Shown here: positions 9,145 to 19,376 of the stretch, in pieces | How the letters are laid out: each line of letters begins with the position of its first letter | How positions within the stretch are numbered: position 1 is the first letter of the stretch | NCBI GenBank assembly: GCA_963793265.1 | Contig: CAWBZI010000004.1 | Span: forward strand, 160,001 to 224,000 | Direction: 5' to 3' | Length of the DNA: 64,000 bases | Source of the DNA: an uncultured cyanobacterium | GTDB taxonomy: Bacteria > Cyanobacteriota > Cyanobacteriia > Phormidesmidales > Phormidesmidaceae | The notes under the pieces: generated by a model | What the model was told of the DNA's origin: nothing | Database searches by the model: none | The model's input: only the letters and a program-made list of their open reading frames with translations | Made by a program: the position numbers and the translations under genes

Positions 9145-9798
9145 ATGCCCGAAAACATTCCTAGTTCTTCACAACTGGTTGACTATTGGGATAGCATTGC
9201 TTCGCTCAAGAAGTTTCGCCACCCTTTGCCGCCTGCTGTGGTTGACAAGTATTTTCCCAAAGGGGCAAAGGTGCTCGATATCGGCTGTGGCTATGGACGG
9301 CTAGTAGAGCGGCTGTTGGCGCAAGGCTTTTCGGTTGCTGGCACCGATACGTCTACAGCAATGCTAAAAGAAGCGCGTAAAAATGCGCCGGAAGCTGAGT
9401 TTCAAGAGTGTCGGAGCGACTTACCTTGGGATGATAAAACCTATGATGTTGTTCTTTTAGTAACGCTGCTAACTTCTGTTCCTTTTGACCTGGAGCAACG
9501 GCAGATTATGAGTGAAGTCAGGCGGGTGCTAAAGCCAGGCGGCCATGTGTTTGTAAGCGACTTGCCCTTGCAGTGGTCGGCGCAATATTTAGAAAGATAT
9601 CGCGACGGGCAAAAGCGCTATGGCCAGTACGGCGTATTCGACCTGGCTGACGGCGGCACGGTGCGCCATCACGAGCAGGGCTACTTTATGCAGCTTATGA
9701 ATGGGTTTGACCATTTGGAGATGGAAACTCATGACGTTGAAACCATGAACGGTAATCAGGCGCAGGCTGTGCGCTATGTCGGGCGGCTACCGGTTTAA
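9145..9798 (+). CDS. Class I SAM-dependent methyltransferase
   Basis: Motifs VLDIGCGYGR and RVLKPGG. Confidence 0.9.
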   Translation: MPENIPSSSQLVDYWDSIASLKKFRHPLPPAVVDKYFPKGAKVLDIGCGYGRLVERLLAQGFSVAGTDTSTAMLKEARKNAPEAEFQECRSDLPWDDKTYDVVLLVTLLTSVPFDLEQRQIMSEVRRVLKPGGHVFVSDLPLQWSAQYLERYRDGQKRYGQYGVFDLADGGTVRHHEQGYFMQLMNGFDHLEMETHDVETMNGNQAQAVRYVGRLPV

Positions 9799-10791
9799 AT
9801 TTGATCGGCTTACGGCTGCTGTTGGGCTACAGGCCACCAGTCCTTTGCCTTCTCTTTTAGCACTGTATAGCGCGGTGTCGGCGCGTTTCATCAGGCTATG
9901 AGTACTTTCATCAGGGCGGAGCTGAGCGACGCCGCTGCTGGTTGTTACATTAAAGTCAGCTAAAACCTGACAGCCTTGAACCACACTGGTGACGCGCTCA
10001 GCAAAAGAAAGTCCAGCGTCTAGATCTGCGTTCGACATAATCACACTGAATTCATCACCCCCGAGTCTTCCGGCCAGATCTTCTTTGCGTATTTCAGTGG
10101 CTAATATTGCCCCGAATGCGCGCAGCACATCATCTCCAGCATCGTGACCAGCGGTGTCGTTTACCGGCTTTAATCCATCGAGATCGAAGCTGACAACGGT
10201 CAGTGGCGTATTGTGGCGACGTGCCGCTGAGGTAGAACGATCTAGGGCCTCATAAAAGTGATGGCGCGAGGCCAGCGCTGTGAGGCTATCGGTGGCGGCG
10301 ATGCGAGAAATGGTTGCGTAGGCTTCTTGAAGGGCGGCGGCTTCTTCTGTGAGCTTTTGGTTGAGCGCAACGAGTTCTTGTTCCCGGCGGCGCAGTTCAG
10401 CTTCGGTGTGCTTGCGATAGGTCACGTCTTGAACAATACCGCACCAGGTTGCTAGTTCTCCGGGATCGCTAGACAGGGGCCGAGACGTGATATGAATCCA
10501 TTTGAGCGCTCCCGATTTCGTAATAATACGGCAGTCTTCACTAAACAATGTGCCTGCGCTATTAGCGATCCGGTCGGCTTCGCAGAGCGCTTCAATATCG
10601 TCGGGATGCACCATTTGCCAAAACAGCATGGAGTTACCCATTAAGTCAGCTTCTTTTAGCTCTAGCACCTCTTCTGAACCTGGCCCAACATAGAGATATT
10701 GATTGCTACCGTCAGGACGCAGTACATACTGATACAGTACGCCTGGAATCGTCGCGGAGAAAACTTCAAAGTTGCTCTGTGGGAGGCTCAT
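9787..10791 (-). CDS. PAS-GGDEF diguanylate cyclase
   Basis: PAS_3 signature VHPDD; coiled coil; intact GGDEF with an RxxD I-site (RKED). Confidence 0.92.
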   Translation of the reverse strand: MSLPQSNFEVFSATIPGVLYQYVLRPDGSNQYLYVGPGSEEVLELKEADLMGNSMLFWQMVHPDDIEALCEADRIANSAGTLFSEDCRIITKSGALKWIHITSRPLSSDPGELATWCGIVQDVTYRKHTEAELRRREQELVALNQKLTEEAAALQEAYATISRIAATDSLTALASRHHFYEALDRSTSAARRHNTPLTVVSFDLDGLKPVNDTAGHDAGDDVLRAFGAILATEIRKEDLAGRLGGDEFSVIMSNADLDAGLSFAERVTSVVQGCQVLADFNVTTSSGVAQLRPDESTHSLMKRADTALYSAKREGKGLVACSPTAAVSRSNLNR

Positions 10792-11045
10792 GCGATCTGC
10801 TTACGGCATATTGACTAAATTGTATAGTTGCTATTGTTTGCCATGGTGGTACCGTCTGTCCAACATCTGTGACTAACTCGTTCAATTCAGGTGTGCTGAA
10901 CGCGTCGTTTTTACAAAGCTTCTACTAAAGCGCAGATTGATGGGTCTTGTGACATTTGGGTGTGCGATCGCTAACATCTTGCTTCATCGGCACACTGTTA
11001 TTTTCATTCTTTAAAGAGATTGTTAAGGTTTGACCAATCGGTCTT

Positions 11046-12746
11046 GTGATCGTTGAGAAGCCCCGAAAAATGAGCCCGATGACTATGTTTTATAGCTTGC
11101 TAAAGCGACCCAAAATAGCCCGCTGGGTTTGGATAGCCGCTTTAATTTCAGTTTGTCTACTTTGGTATGCCAGTTCAGATGCCGTCGCGGCAACTTTGCC
11201 TACCTCGCTATCTGAAAAAGCCGATATTGTTATCGATGGCCGTCCTATTTTTCAGGTCGAGAATTCTGGTTTGTTTAGCGCCCAGCAGCGGGCGATGCAG
11301 ACGAATCAGCAGCTTGCAATGCTGGCTCAAAAGCAAGAAGATCCTCAAGTGAGAGTGGCTCTCCACAATCAGCAGCCGATTATTTTGGCCGGTGAGCACT
11401 ATTTATTAACGGTGACGCACCCAGATGCGAAGCTCAACGACGATCCTTCGGTGCTAGCTCAGGTGTGGGCAGGCCAGTTGGAGCGATCGCTACAGAGCGC
11501 TAAGCTAGAGCGATCGCCTGGCCATATCAGAGAGATGGTGCTGTTGAGCGGGCTAACTTTGCTGATGGCGATCGCGCTTCACATCAGCCTGGGCTACCTC
11601 TGGCGGCGAGTGCCACAGTATGCGCTTGGAGAGGCTGTCTCTGATGCTGGAGCCGCTAGCGGACAGGATTTTTATCGCTCTGTCAGCCTTAAGCTGTTGC
11701 TAGCGAGGCTAGGGCTTTGGACGGTTGCACTGAGCCACATTTCATCACTTTTTCCAACCTTAAGACAGCGGCGCTACAGCCTTTTCAACAACGTGATGAC
11801 GGGCATTCACTCGCCTGTTTTCAGCTTGGGCGGCAGACCTTACACATTAGTAGATGTTTTCATTTTGCTGGGGCTCATGGTGGGCCTGTTCACTTTAGTA
11901 AGGCTCTCTACCAGGCTGCTGTCTACGCATGTGCTCAGGCGAACGCCGCTGGCGAGAGGTTCAAGAGAAGTGATTACTCAATCGTTTCGCTACGGTGCGT
12001 TTTCGCTGGGTATGCTCGTATTGCTTAAGGTTTGGGGCATCGACCTGCGCTCTGTTGCGCTTTTAGGCAGTGCTCTGGGGATCGGCATTGGATTTGGCCT
12101 GCAAGATATTGCCAAGAATTTTGGTAGCGGGCTGGTGCTGCTGTTTGAGCGGTCTGTGCAGGTAGGAGACTTTATTGAAGTCGATGCGCATACGGGCGTT
12201 GTTGAGCGCATTGGCGCTCGCAGCATTACTTTAAGAACGCTGGATAATATTTCTGTGCTGGTGCCTAACGCTCACCTGCTGGATTCACAGGTGGTTAATT
12301 GGAATCACGATCATCCGGTGTCTCGGCTACATCTGACGATTGGTACGGCCTATGAGGCTGATTCTAAGCTGGTAAAGTCGCTGCTGTTAGAGGCAGCGCA
12401 TGACCATAGAGAAGTGCTGTCAGTGCCGCCTCCCGATGTGTTTTTGAAAAACTTTGGCGATAGTTCAATAGAGTTTGACCTGATGGTATGGATTCGTAAC
12501 CCCGAGCGCCACGCTGCGATTCGCAGTGCGCTCAACTTTCGGATAGAAGAGATTTTGAACTATCACGAAATTTCAATTCCGTTTCCTCAGCGCGACGTGA
12601 ATTTGCGCACGGGTCAGGTACCGATAGAATTTTCACCGGATGTCAAGGCGGCTTTGCTCAAAGCGTTTGGCGCGACTGAAGACTCGGCTGCTACGAAATC
12701 AGACAAGATTAGGCAGAACAGATACAAAGTATCGTCTCGCCCATAG
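11046..12746 (+). CDS. MscS-family mechanosensitive channel with N-terminal extension (start uncertain)
   Basis: Motifs GIGIGFGLQDIAKNFGSG, VGDFIEV and IPFPQRDV. Confidence 0.92.
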   Translation: MIVEKPRKMSPMTMFYSLLKRPKIARWVWIAALISVCLLWYASSDAVAATLPTSLSEKADIVIDGRPIFQVENSGLFSAQQRAMQTNQQLAMLAQKQEDPQVRVALHNQQPIILAGEHYLLTVTHPDAKLNDDPSVLAQVWAGQLERSLQSAKLERSPGHIREMVLLSGLTLLMAIALHISLGYLWRRVPQYALGEAVSDAGAASGQDFYRSVSLKLLLARLGLWTVALSHISSLFPTLRQRRYSLFNNVMTGIHSPVFSLGGRPYTLVDVFILLGLMVGLFTLVRLSTRLLSTHVLRRTPLARGSREVITQSFRYGAFSLGMLVLLKVWGIDLRSVALLGSALGIGIGFGLQDIAKNFGSGLVLLFERSVQVGDFIEVDAHTGVVERIGARSITLRTLDNISVLVPNAHLLDSQVVNWNHDHPVSRLHLTIGTAYEADSKLVKSLLLEAAHDHREVLSVPPPDVFLKNFGDSSIEFDLMVWIRNPERHAAIRSALNFRIEEILNYHEISIPFPQRDVNLRTGQVPIEFSPDVKAALLKAFGATEDSAATKSDKIRQNRYKVSSRP

Positions 12747-12820
12747 TTATTGTTGCTTGCGTTCTAGCGAGCGGAACCTCTAGCTATCGATACTGAGCGG
12801 AATTAGCCTATCATTGTTGA

Positions 12821-12956
12821 TCAGTGACCATAGAACTGAACAGACAGGTCGCTTAAGTGCTCGAATAGCTGATTGGCTTTTTCAATAAGCGAGATCGTCA
12901 ATGAATTGTTTGACAACAATATTGGCGTCGATGACGCATTTAAAGGTCGAGGTCAT
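12821..12956 (-). pseudogene. vapC: Frameshifted, truncated VapC/PIN toxin remnant
   Basis: ATG overlaps the antitoxin stop (ATGA). It reads MTSTFKCVIDANIVVKQFIDD, then in a shifted frame SLIEKANQLFEHLSDLSVQFYGH*. Confidence 0.7.
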
Positions 12957-13216
12957 CGATCTCTATCTTCTCTGATTAGAAGCGTGCTATCAGGTAGGCC
13001 AGAATCTGCTGGGTTCTTCCGGGGAAAGTTTCTGATCTTGGCTAACGCCTCCTTTGTCCTCTCTAATTCTGTGAGTTGTTGAACGGGCTCAGCGCTGCTA
13101 GCCCAAGCAAGCATCTGAATCACAGCATCGTTTAGGCTAACGTTCTTAGTTTCAGCTAGCTTTTGAATTGATTGATAGAGAGGCTCGGGTAGATTTTGTA
13201 TTTGTAAATTAGCCAT
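12953..13216 (-). CDS. FitA/VapB-like ribbon-helix-helix antitoxin
   Basis: N-terminus MANLQIQNLPEPLY...A...SLN; C-terminal DSTLLIREDRDR. Confidence 0.8.
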   Translation of the reverse strand: MANLQIQNLPEPLYQSIQKLAETKNVSLNDAVIQMLAWASSAEPVQQLTELERTKEALAKIRNFPRKNPADSGLPDSTLLIREDRDR

Positions 13217-13224
13217 CGTATTTT

Positions 13225-14259
13225 CTACAATCTGTTGTTTGATATCTCAGTTCGTGGATCTGTTGATCGGCTATCGCGGATTTGTTCGTAAAGAGACTTT
13301 TCTTTGTCGCTGATGTTCTTGGGCGGTGTAATCACAACTTTAACAAGCTGATCGCCGCGAGCTGTTCCTTTTTTGCTCGGCCAGCCCTTGCCACGTAGCC
13401 TCAAAGATTGACCAGACTTTACACCTGCTGGAATGCTTACCGTAACGCTCCCGTCCGGCGTGGGCACGTCAACTTTTGCGCCCAGCACAGCTTCATCGGG
13501 CGCGATGGGTACTTCGCACACCAAGTTATCGCCATCGAGTTCAAAGAATCCGTGGGATAGAAGTTCGACGGTGAGGTACACATCGCCGCGCTGTTTGGTT
13601 TGTGGATTGGTTGCGCCTTTTCCTTTAATCCGAATTTTGCTACCTGGCTTTACGCCTGCCGGAATGCGGACTTTTACAGACTCGCTGCCGATGGTGAAAC
13701 GCTTTTCGGTGCCGCGAAAGGCTTCAGACAGGCTGAGCTTGAGGTCTGCTTCTTGGTCAAAAGCCGTGCGGCCCGAAGCCGATCTACTGCTGGTGCGGCT
13801 GTTTGATCCAGCGGCAGCGCGGGGGTCAAAGCCGAAGCCGCCAGGGCCACCGGGGCTCTGCTGATAGCTATACGTTTGGCGTCGGCCACCGCCGCTAGCA
13901 CTGCGACCCATGAGTTCGTTAATGAAGTCTTCAAAGCTACCGTATGAGCCAAAGTCGAAGCCGCCGACACCGCCGGGGCCACCGAAGCCGCCCGGTGCAC
14001 CACCGCCCGCGCCAGCCCGATCTGCCTGCTGCCAGTATTGGCCGTATTGGTCATACTTTTGGCGCTTGTCCGCATCAGAAAGGACTTCGTAGGCTTCGCT
14101 GACCTCCTTGAACTTCGCTTCAGCTTTCTTGTTGTTGGGGTTTACATCTGGGTGATACTTTCGCGCTAGCTTGCGAAATGATTTTTTGATGTCGCTGGCA
14201 TCGGCTGTTTTGCTAACCCCTAAAATTGCGTAGTAGTCTTTGAAGTCAGTCGCAGCCAT
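13225..14259 (-). CDS. DnaJ-class (CbpA-like, type II) co-chaperone
   Basis: J-domain with HPD; G/F-rich linker; DnaJ_C domain; no zinc finger. Confidence 0.93.
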   Translation of the reverse strand: MAATDFKDYYAILGVSKTADASDIKKSFRKLARKYHPDVNPNNKKAEAKFKEVSEAYEVLSDADKRQKYDQYGQYWQQADRAGAGGGAPGGFGGPGGVGGFDFGSYGSFEDFINELMGRSASGGGRRQTYSYQQSPGGPGGFGFDPRAAAGSNSRTSSRSASGRTAFDQEADLKLSLSEAFRGTEKRFTIGSESVKVRIPAGVKPGSKIRIKGKGATNPQTKQRGDVYLTVELLSHGFFELDGDNLVCEVPIAPDEAVLGAKVDVPTPDGSVTVSIPAGVKSGQSLRLRGKGWPSKKGTARGDQLVKVVITPPKNISDKEKSLYEQIRDSRSTDPRTEISNNRL

Positions 14260-14395
14260 GCTTAGCCTCCCTCCTCATAATGTTTTTTACTGTTTCGCTA
14301 GCACTAGATTTCAGCGTAGCAAAGCGCGCCTGGCTAGGAGGTTCGGTTGAGGGGTTCGGTTAGCCGGTTTCTGATGGGCGGATCGATTGGGTGTC

Positions 14396-15904
14396 CTACT
14401 GGGCGTCTCTGGCTCGTCCGTATAGCTCAGTCATTTGTCTGAGATGTTCGCAGAGGGTGGGGGTGAGCATGGCTTCTGCGTAGCGCCAGCCCCAGTTGCC
14501 TTCGCCGACGCCGGGTGTGTTCATGCGGGCCTGGGAGCCTAAGCCGAGTAGATCTTGTAGGGGAGTGACGGCCTGGTTGGCGGTAGAACTCATGGCGAGG
14601 CGAATCATTGACCAGTGAACGTTGTCAGGATTGAATGCGCCGACATAGGCAGCGAGGCGCTGCTTTTCGTAGTCTGTGCCCTGGTTAAACCAGCCGACGG
14701 TGGTGTCGTTGTCGTGGGTGCCGGTGTAGACGACGAAGTTGGGGGCGATGTTGAAGGGGAGATAGGGGTTTTTGTGGTCGCCGCCGAAGGCAAACTGAAG
14801 AATTTTCATGCCGGGGAAGTCGAACTTATCGCGGAGGGTTTCGACAGCTTCGTCAATTTCTCCTAAGTCTTCGGCTAGAAAGGGAAGCTGGCCTAGTTTT
14901 TCTTCGACTGTCTCGAAGAAGGCGACGCCGGGGGCTTCGATCCATTCGCCGTTGATGGCGGTTTCGTGGCCTGCGGGGATGGCCCAGTAGGCGGCAAAGG
15001 CTCTGAAGTGGTCAATGCGGATGATGTCTACTTGCTCTAGTAGGGCCTGAAGGCGCTGTATCCACCAGCTAAAGCCGCTGGCCTGGACGACTTCCCAGTT
15101 GTAGGTGGGGTTGCCCCAAAGCTGGCCGGTGCTGCTGAAGTAGTCAGGTGGGACGCCTGCCATTTGGGAGGGCTCTAGGGTTTCAGGGTCAAGCATGAAG
15201 TTTTCGGGGCGAGCCCATACGTCGGCGCTGTCGTGGGCGACGTAGATGGGCATGTCTCCGACGATTTTGATGCCGCGCTCGTTGGCGTAGCCTTTGACGG
15301 CTGACCACTGCCGGTAAAACTCGAACTGCATGTATTCATGGAAGAAGATTTCGGCGGCGAGATCTACTCTGGCCTGGTTGAGCGCGAAGGCGTCGCGTTT
15401 GGCGATCGCACTATCCCACTGCGACCAGGGCACCCCGCCATTGGCATCCTTAAGCGCCATGAATAGCCCGTAGTCTTCTAGCCACTCGCGGCAGACTCTG
15501 CGGAAGTTATCAAAGGCTTTGCGATCGCCCTCATTTGCCGTCTCCTTAAACCGCCCTGCTGCCTTGCGCAATAGCGATAGCTTAAACTCATACACCGCAT
15601 CGTAATCGACGGTTTGAGCAGAGAACCCTTGACCTAAGGTAAAGTCGTCTGCGTCTAGCAGTCCTTGGGCCTGAAGCGTCTCCAGGCTGATGAGTAAGGG
15701 ATTGCCTGCCATGGCAGAATAGGCCATGTAGGGCGAGTTACCGTGGCCGGTGGGGCCGAGCGGTAAAATCTGCCAGAGTGACTGCTGAGAGTCTTCTAAA
15801 AATTCTACAAATCGGTAAGCGTGAGCACCTAAGTCGCCAATGCCGAAGCGGCCCGGTAGCGAGGTGGGATGTAGCAAAATGCCGCTGGCTCTAGGAAAAG
15901 ACAT
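14396..15904 (-). CDS. malQ: 4-alpha-glucanotransferase (amylomaltase, GH77)
   Basis: Motifs RASGILLHPTSLP, RIDHFR, AEDLG and YTGTHDNDT. Confidence 0.96.
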   Translation of the reverse strand: MSFPRASGILLHPTSLPGRFGIGDLGAHAYRFVEFLEDSQQSLWQILPLGPTGHGNSPYMAYSAMAGNPLLISLETLQAQGLLDADDFTLGQGFSAQTVDYDAVYEFKLSLLRKAAGRFKETANEGDRKAFDNFRRVCREWLEDYGLFMALKDANGGVPWSQWDSAIAKRDAFALNQARVDLAAEIFFHEYMQFEFYRQWSAVKGYANERGIKIVGDMPIYVAHDSADVWARPENFMLDPETLEPSQMAGVPPDYFSSTGQLWGNPTYNWEVVQASGFSWWIQRLQALLEQVDIIRIDHFRAFAAYWAIPAGHETAINGEWIEAPGVAFFETVEEKLGQLPFLAEDLGEIDEAVETLRDKFDFPGMKILQFAFGGDHKNPYLPFNIAPNFVVYTGTHDNDTTVGWFNQGTDYEKQRLAAYVGAFNPDNVHWSMIRLAMSSTANQAVTPLQDLLGLGSQARMNTPGVGEGNWGWRYAEAMLTPTLCEHLRQMTELYGRARDAQ

Positions 15905-16039
15905 AAATACTTCTATGGCGCTTTTGATTGCAATGCCAAGCACTCTATCACGGGCAAGCGAGCCCTAAACTCTGCTTTTTGAGAGAACAGTGGGAGAATG
16001 TCAAAACTTGAACATGCTTCATGCAAGGTTGGCATTGTT

Positions 16040-16480
16040 ATGGCTTCGCAAGACACCCCCAGAAATCCTGCGCCGACGGTGGATTTGATTATTGAAATGG
16101 TAGATCGGCCCCATCGGCCTATTGTGCTGATTGAGCGGCTAAATGTGCCCTATGGATGGGCGCTGCCAGGCGGCTTTGTAGACTATGGTGAGTCGGTGGA
16201 GACGGCGGCGGTGAGGGAGGCCCAAGAAGAGACAAGTTTGGCGGTGAGGCTGATAGAGCAGTTCTATGTGTATTCTGATCCGGCTAGAGACGAGCGGCAG
16301 CACACGCTGAGCATTGTTTTTATTGCGACGGCAACGGGCGAGGCAGCGGCACAAGATGACGCCAAAAGCTTAGAAATTTTGAACCCCTGGGAAATGCCTG
16401 AGGTGCTGTGCTTTGATCATGACAAAATTTTGCAGGACTACTGGCGCTATCGCCAGTACGGGCATCGACCGACGCTCTAG
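16040..16480 (+). CDS. NUDIX hydrolase (alternative start 15998)
   Basis: Nudix box [24 protein letters not shown]. Confidence 0.92.
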   Translation: MASQDTPRNPAPTVDLIIEMVDRPHRPIVLIERLNVPYGWALPGGFVDYGESVETAAVREAQEETSLAVRLIEQFYVYSDPARDERQHTLSIVFIATATGEAAAQDDAKSLEILNPWEMPEVLCFDHDKILQDYWRYRQYGHRPTL

Positions 16481-16628
16481 GCAACCACTCAGGGGATGAT
16501 CGGCAAAAGTTGAAGCCGTACTCATACTTATCAAAGACGCCTGTGTAAACATAATGTAGTAGGCGTACTTAGAATCGCAATCGAAACTACATTGATGCTT
16601 TTTATGAAGTCGGGCTGCACCCTTTTTT

Positions 16629-17699
16629 ATGTTAACTACGTCATCGCTCGATCTCAACAGTTTGAAAGCAGGGCTGAAAGAAAGCTTGAAAGAACAGTTA
16701 AAAGAGAACTTTCAGGATAATTCAGCCGCCGCAAGATATGCTACAGAGCTGAGTTTTTTGGCGCATGGTGAGGCGAATGCTATTTTTCGGTTGAGCGATC
16801 AGCAGCTTGTAAGGGTGGCAGTGAATACGCCTAATCAGCGCTTTGATGGGGAGGTGAGTCGGCTAACCGAGTTTGAGCAGGCGGTTTTGCTCTATATAAA
16901 AGGAACGGGCATTGGGCACGAGCTAGCAGCGGCAAAGCTGAGTCCTGATGCCTTATTTCCATATACTTATTTAATTACTAACTATCTGATTGGCCAACCG
17001 CTAGACTACAGCCGTACCCATTTAAGAAAGTGTGCTCATACGCTAGCTCATCTGCATAGGTTGCCACTGGCCGCAGATTATGACGTTGCTCAGCTTGTGC
17101 CGCCGCTGGTGTCTGTCGAGCAGCCGTTACAGCTTTTTTATCAGGAGTCAAAAGATTACGCTCAGCCTTATATTGAATCGACGGGGGCGGATTTGCGGAT
17201 TGTTGAGATGATTGAGGCTTTGTTGGTAAAGGCGCGATCGCACCTACCTGATGCCCAAAGGCTAATCGACTATCCTTATCGCTGCCTGGTGCATAGCGAT
17301 CACACTTACGACAACTGGGTGATCAATCAGCAAAGTGCCTACTTGATTGATTGGGAGTGGGCTGAGGTGGGCTCTCCGGCTGGTGATTTGGGCCACTTTT
17401 TATCGCCTGTGACGATTTGCAGGCGTGAGGGCTATCAGATGCCCGCCGAAGACCGAGCGTTTTTTTTGCGGTGTTATTACGAGGCTTTGGGCGATAGAGA
17501 CTTGGAGATTGCTATCAAACATCATTTTGCTGCGTTTGGCGCGTTTCCGGCGGTGCGATCGCTCTGCTGGACGGCGGGCTACTGGATTACTGCCAATCGC
17601 TGGTACGACGATGGCGAACAGGTCGATCCGAGCGATCGCTATGAACAGTTCAAAAGTCTGTGGCTTTCTGTGATGGACTGGTTAGATGAAGATATTTAA
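16629..17699 (+). CDS. APH/choline-kinase-like phosphotransferase
   Basis: LAHGEAN loop; HSDHTYDNW (HxDxxxxN); IDWEW; overlaps the next gene. Confidence 0.85.
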   Translation: MLTTSSLDLNSLKAGLKESLKEQLKENFQDNSAAARYATELSFLAHGEANAIFRLSDQQLVRVAVNTPNQRFDGEVSRLTEFEQAVLLYIKGTGIGHELAAAKLSPDALFPYTYLITNYLIGQPLDYSRTHLRKCAHTLAHLHRLPLAADYDVAQLVPPLVSVEQPLQLFYQESKDYAQPYIESTGADLRIVEMIEALLVKARSHLPDAQRLIDYPYRCLVHSDHTYDNWVINQQSAYLIDWEWAEVGSPAGDLGHFLSPVTICRREGYQMPAEDRAFFLRCYYEALGDRDLEIAIKHHFAAFGAFPAVRSLCWTAGYWITANRWYDDGEQVDPSDRYEQFKSLWLSVMDWLDEDI

Positions 17700-18588
17700 T
17701 CGGATGCTAGATGAGCGGTGGCGGGCTTATTTGTTACTGCTGCCTGCGCTGAGCTTAGTCGGTCTGTTGTTTGGCGGCGGGCTGGCGCTGGCGTTTTTGC
17801 AGAGCTTGGGTTTGTGGGGGCTGACAGGAGACGGCGTGCTTTCGCTGGCGGCTTATGGCTCGGCGCTAGGGCGTGAGGGATTTTGGCGATCGCTTACCCT
17901 CAGCCTTTACATAGCACTCGTCTCGACTGGACTCTCGACGGTTCTAAGCATTGGCCTGGCGCTGTTGCTGCGCTCGGCGGGGCGGTGGGCGAGTTTTGCC
18001 TGTCAGCTCACGCTGCCGATTCCGCATCTGGTCGGGATTGCAGGGATGTTACTGCTGCTGTCGCCTAGCGGGCTGCTGTCGCGACTGCTGTTTGATTTGG
18101 GGTTAATTCAATCGGATCAGGGCTTTCCGCTGCTGGTGAATGACGGCGCTAATTTGGGTGTGATAATTCTCTTTTTGTGGAAGGAGATTCCGTTTATGAC
18201 GCTGATTTTGCTGGCGGTGCTGCGCGGAATTCGGCCTGAGTATGAGCGTCAGGCGAGAGCGTTGGGGGCGAGCCGGTGGCAGTGCTTTTGGTCGGTGACG
18301 CTGCCGCTGATGAAGCCGGGGATTGTGTCGGCAAGTTTGATTGTGTTTGGCTATGTGTTTGGCTCGTTTGAGGTGCCGTTTTTGCTAGGGGCGACCTATC
18401 CGCAAGCGCTGCCGGTGCTGGTGTATCAGGCGTTTACAAATGTGGACTTGGCGCAGCGGACGACGGCGATCGCCTTAGGTTTATTACTCTCATTTGTCTC
18501 GTTAGCACTTAGCGGGCTTTATTTGTGGCTAGGATCTAAAGATGCGAGTAAACCGTTAAAAAATTCTCTCTTTCAGCAACCATCATGA
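17686..18588 (+). CDS. ABC transporter permease (YnjC/PotB-like)
   Basis: Multiple TM segments; WKEIPF; EAA-like YERQARALGAS. Confidence 0.9.
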   Translation: MKIFNRMLDERWRAYLLLLPALSLVGLLFGGGLALAFLQSLGLWGLTGDGVLSLAAYGSALGREGFWRSLTLSLYIALVSTGLSTVLSIGLALLLRSAGRWASFACQLTLPIPHLVGIAGMLLLLSPSGLLSRLLFDLGLIQSDQGFPLLVNDGANLGVIILFLWKEIPFMTLILLAVLRGIRPEYERQARALGASRWQCFWSVTLPLMKPGIVSASLIVFGYVFGSFEVPFLLGATYPQALPVLVYQAFTNVDLAQRTTAIALGLLLSFVSLALSGLYLWLGSKDASKPLKNSLFQQPS

Positions 18589-19376
18589 CCAAAAATGCGC
18601 TGCTGGGCCTGATCATTAGCGTGCTGTTTCTGCCGTTCTTGCCGCTGCTGATTAGCTCGTTTGCAAACGGCTGGTATTTTCCGCAGCTATGGCCGCAAGA
18701 CTGGACGATGGTGCACTGGCAGGCGGTTTTTTCGACGACTTCTAAGGTGGGAGAGGGATTTTTGCAGAGTTTGGTGATTGCAGCGATCGCAACCGGCCTA
18801 GCCCTAGTCGTAGGGCTACCTGCGGGGCGGGCTTTGGGGCTGATGGATTTTCCTGGTAAGGCTGGGATTAAGCTGTTTTTGCTAATGCCGATTATTGTCT
18901 CGCCGCTGGCGACGCTGATGGGAATTCAGTCGGTGCTGATTCGGTTGGGGCTTAGCGGCACGGTGACGGGCGTGGTGCTGGTGCATTTGCTGCCGATCAT
19001 TCCTTATATGACTTTGGTGTTGAGCAGCGTGTTTGCTAATTTTGATCCAGGGTATGAGGTACAGGCGCGATCGCTCGGCGCATCCCCCTGGCAGGTGCTC
19101 ACTAACATCACGCTACCAATCATTTTGCCGGGCGTAGTAGTAGGCTCACTGTTTGCCTTTTTAATCTCGTGGAATGAGTTTTTGCTGACGTTTTTTGTCG
19201 GTGGCGGTCGGGTGTTTACGCTGCCGATGGTGCTGTTTACGTCGCTTCAAGGGGGGAACAGCGGGCTGACGGCGGCGATCGCGATTACTTCAGTCATACC
19301 CGCGCTGGTTTTTCTGTTGTTCTCTAGCCGGGCGCTGCAAAATGAGGCGGCAATTGGTGGGCTAGGAGACGTGTGA
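18585..19376 (+). CDS. ABC transporter permease (PotC-like)
   Basis: Motifs YEVQARSLGASP and FLISWNEF. Confidence 0.9.
   Translation: MTKNALLGLIISVLFLPFLPLLISSFANGWYFPQLWPQDWTMVHWQAVFSTTSKVGEGFLQSLVIAAIATGLALVVGLPAGRALGLMDFPGKAGIKLFLLMPIIVSPLATLMGIQSVLIRLGLSGTVTGVVLVHLLPIIPYMTLVLSSVFANFDPGYEVQARSLGASPWQVLTNITLPIILPGVVVGSLFAFLISWNEFLLTFFVGGGRVFTLPMVLFTSLQGGNSGLTAAIAITSVIPALVFLLFSSRALQNEAAIGGLGDV

Noticed and set aside
9145..9798. Methyltransferase as the missing ArsM
   Set aside because: It lacks the multiple conserved Cys motifs expected of arsenite methyltransferases and is far from arsS.
16040..16480. NUDIX gene as part of the kinase-ABC-rSAM operon
   Set aside because: It is separated by about 150 bp and looks like a generic cyanobacterial NUDIX gene divergent from malQ. 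A link cannot be supported from sequence alone.
16481..16628. Riboswitch (e.g. TPP) ahead of the ABC operon
   Set aside because: I could not find the conserved TPP, cobalamin or SAM aptamer motifs by eye. An Rfam scan would be needed to exclude it fully.
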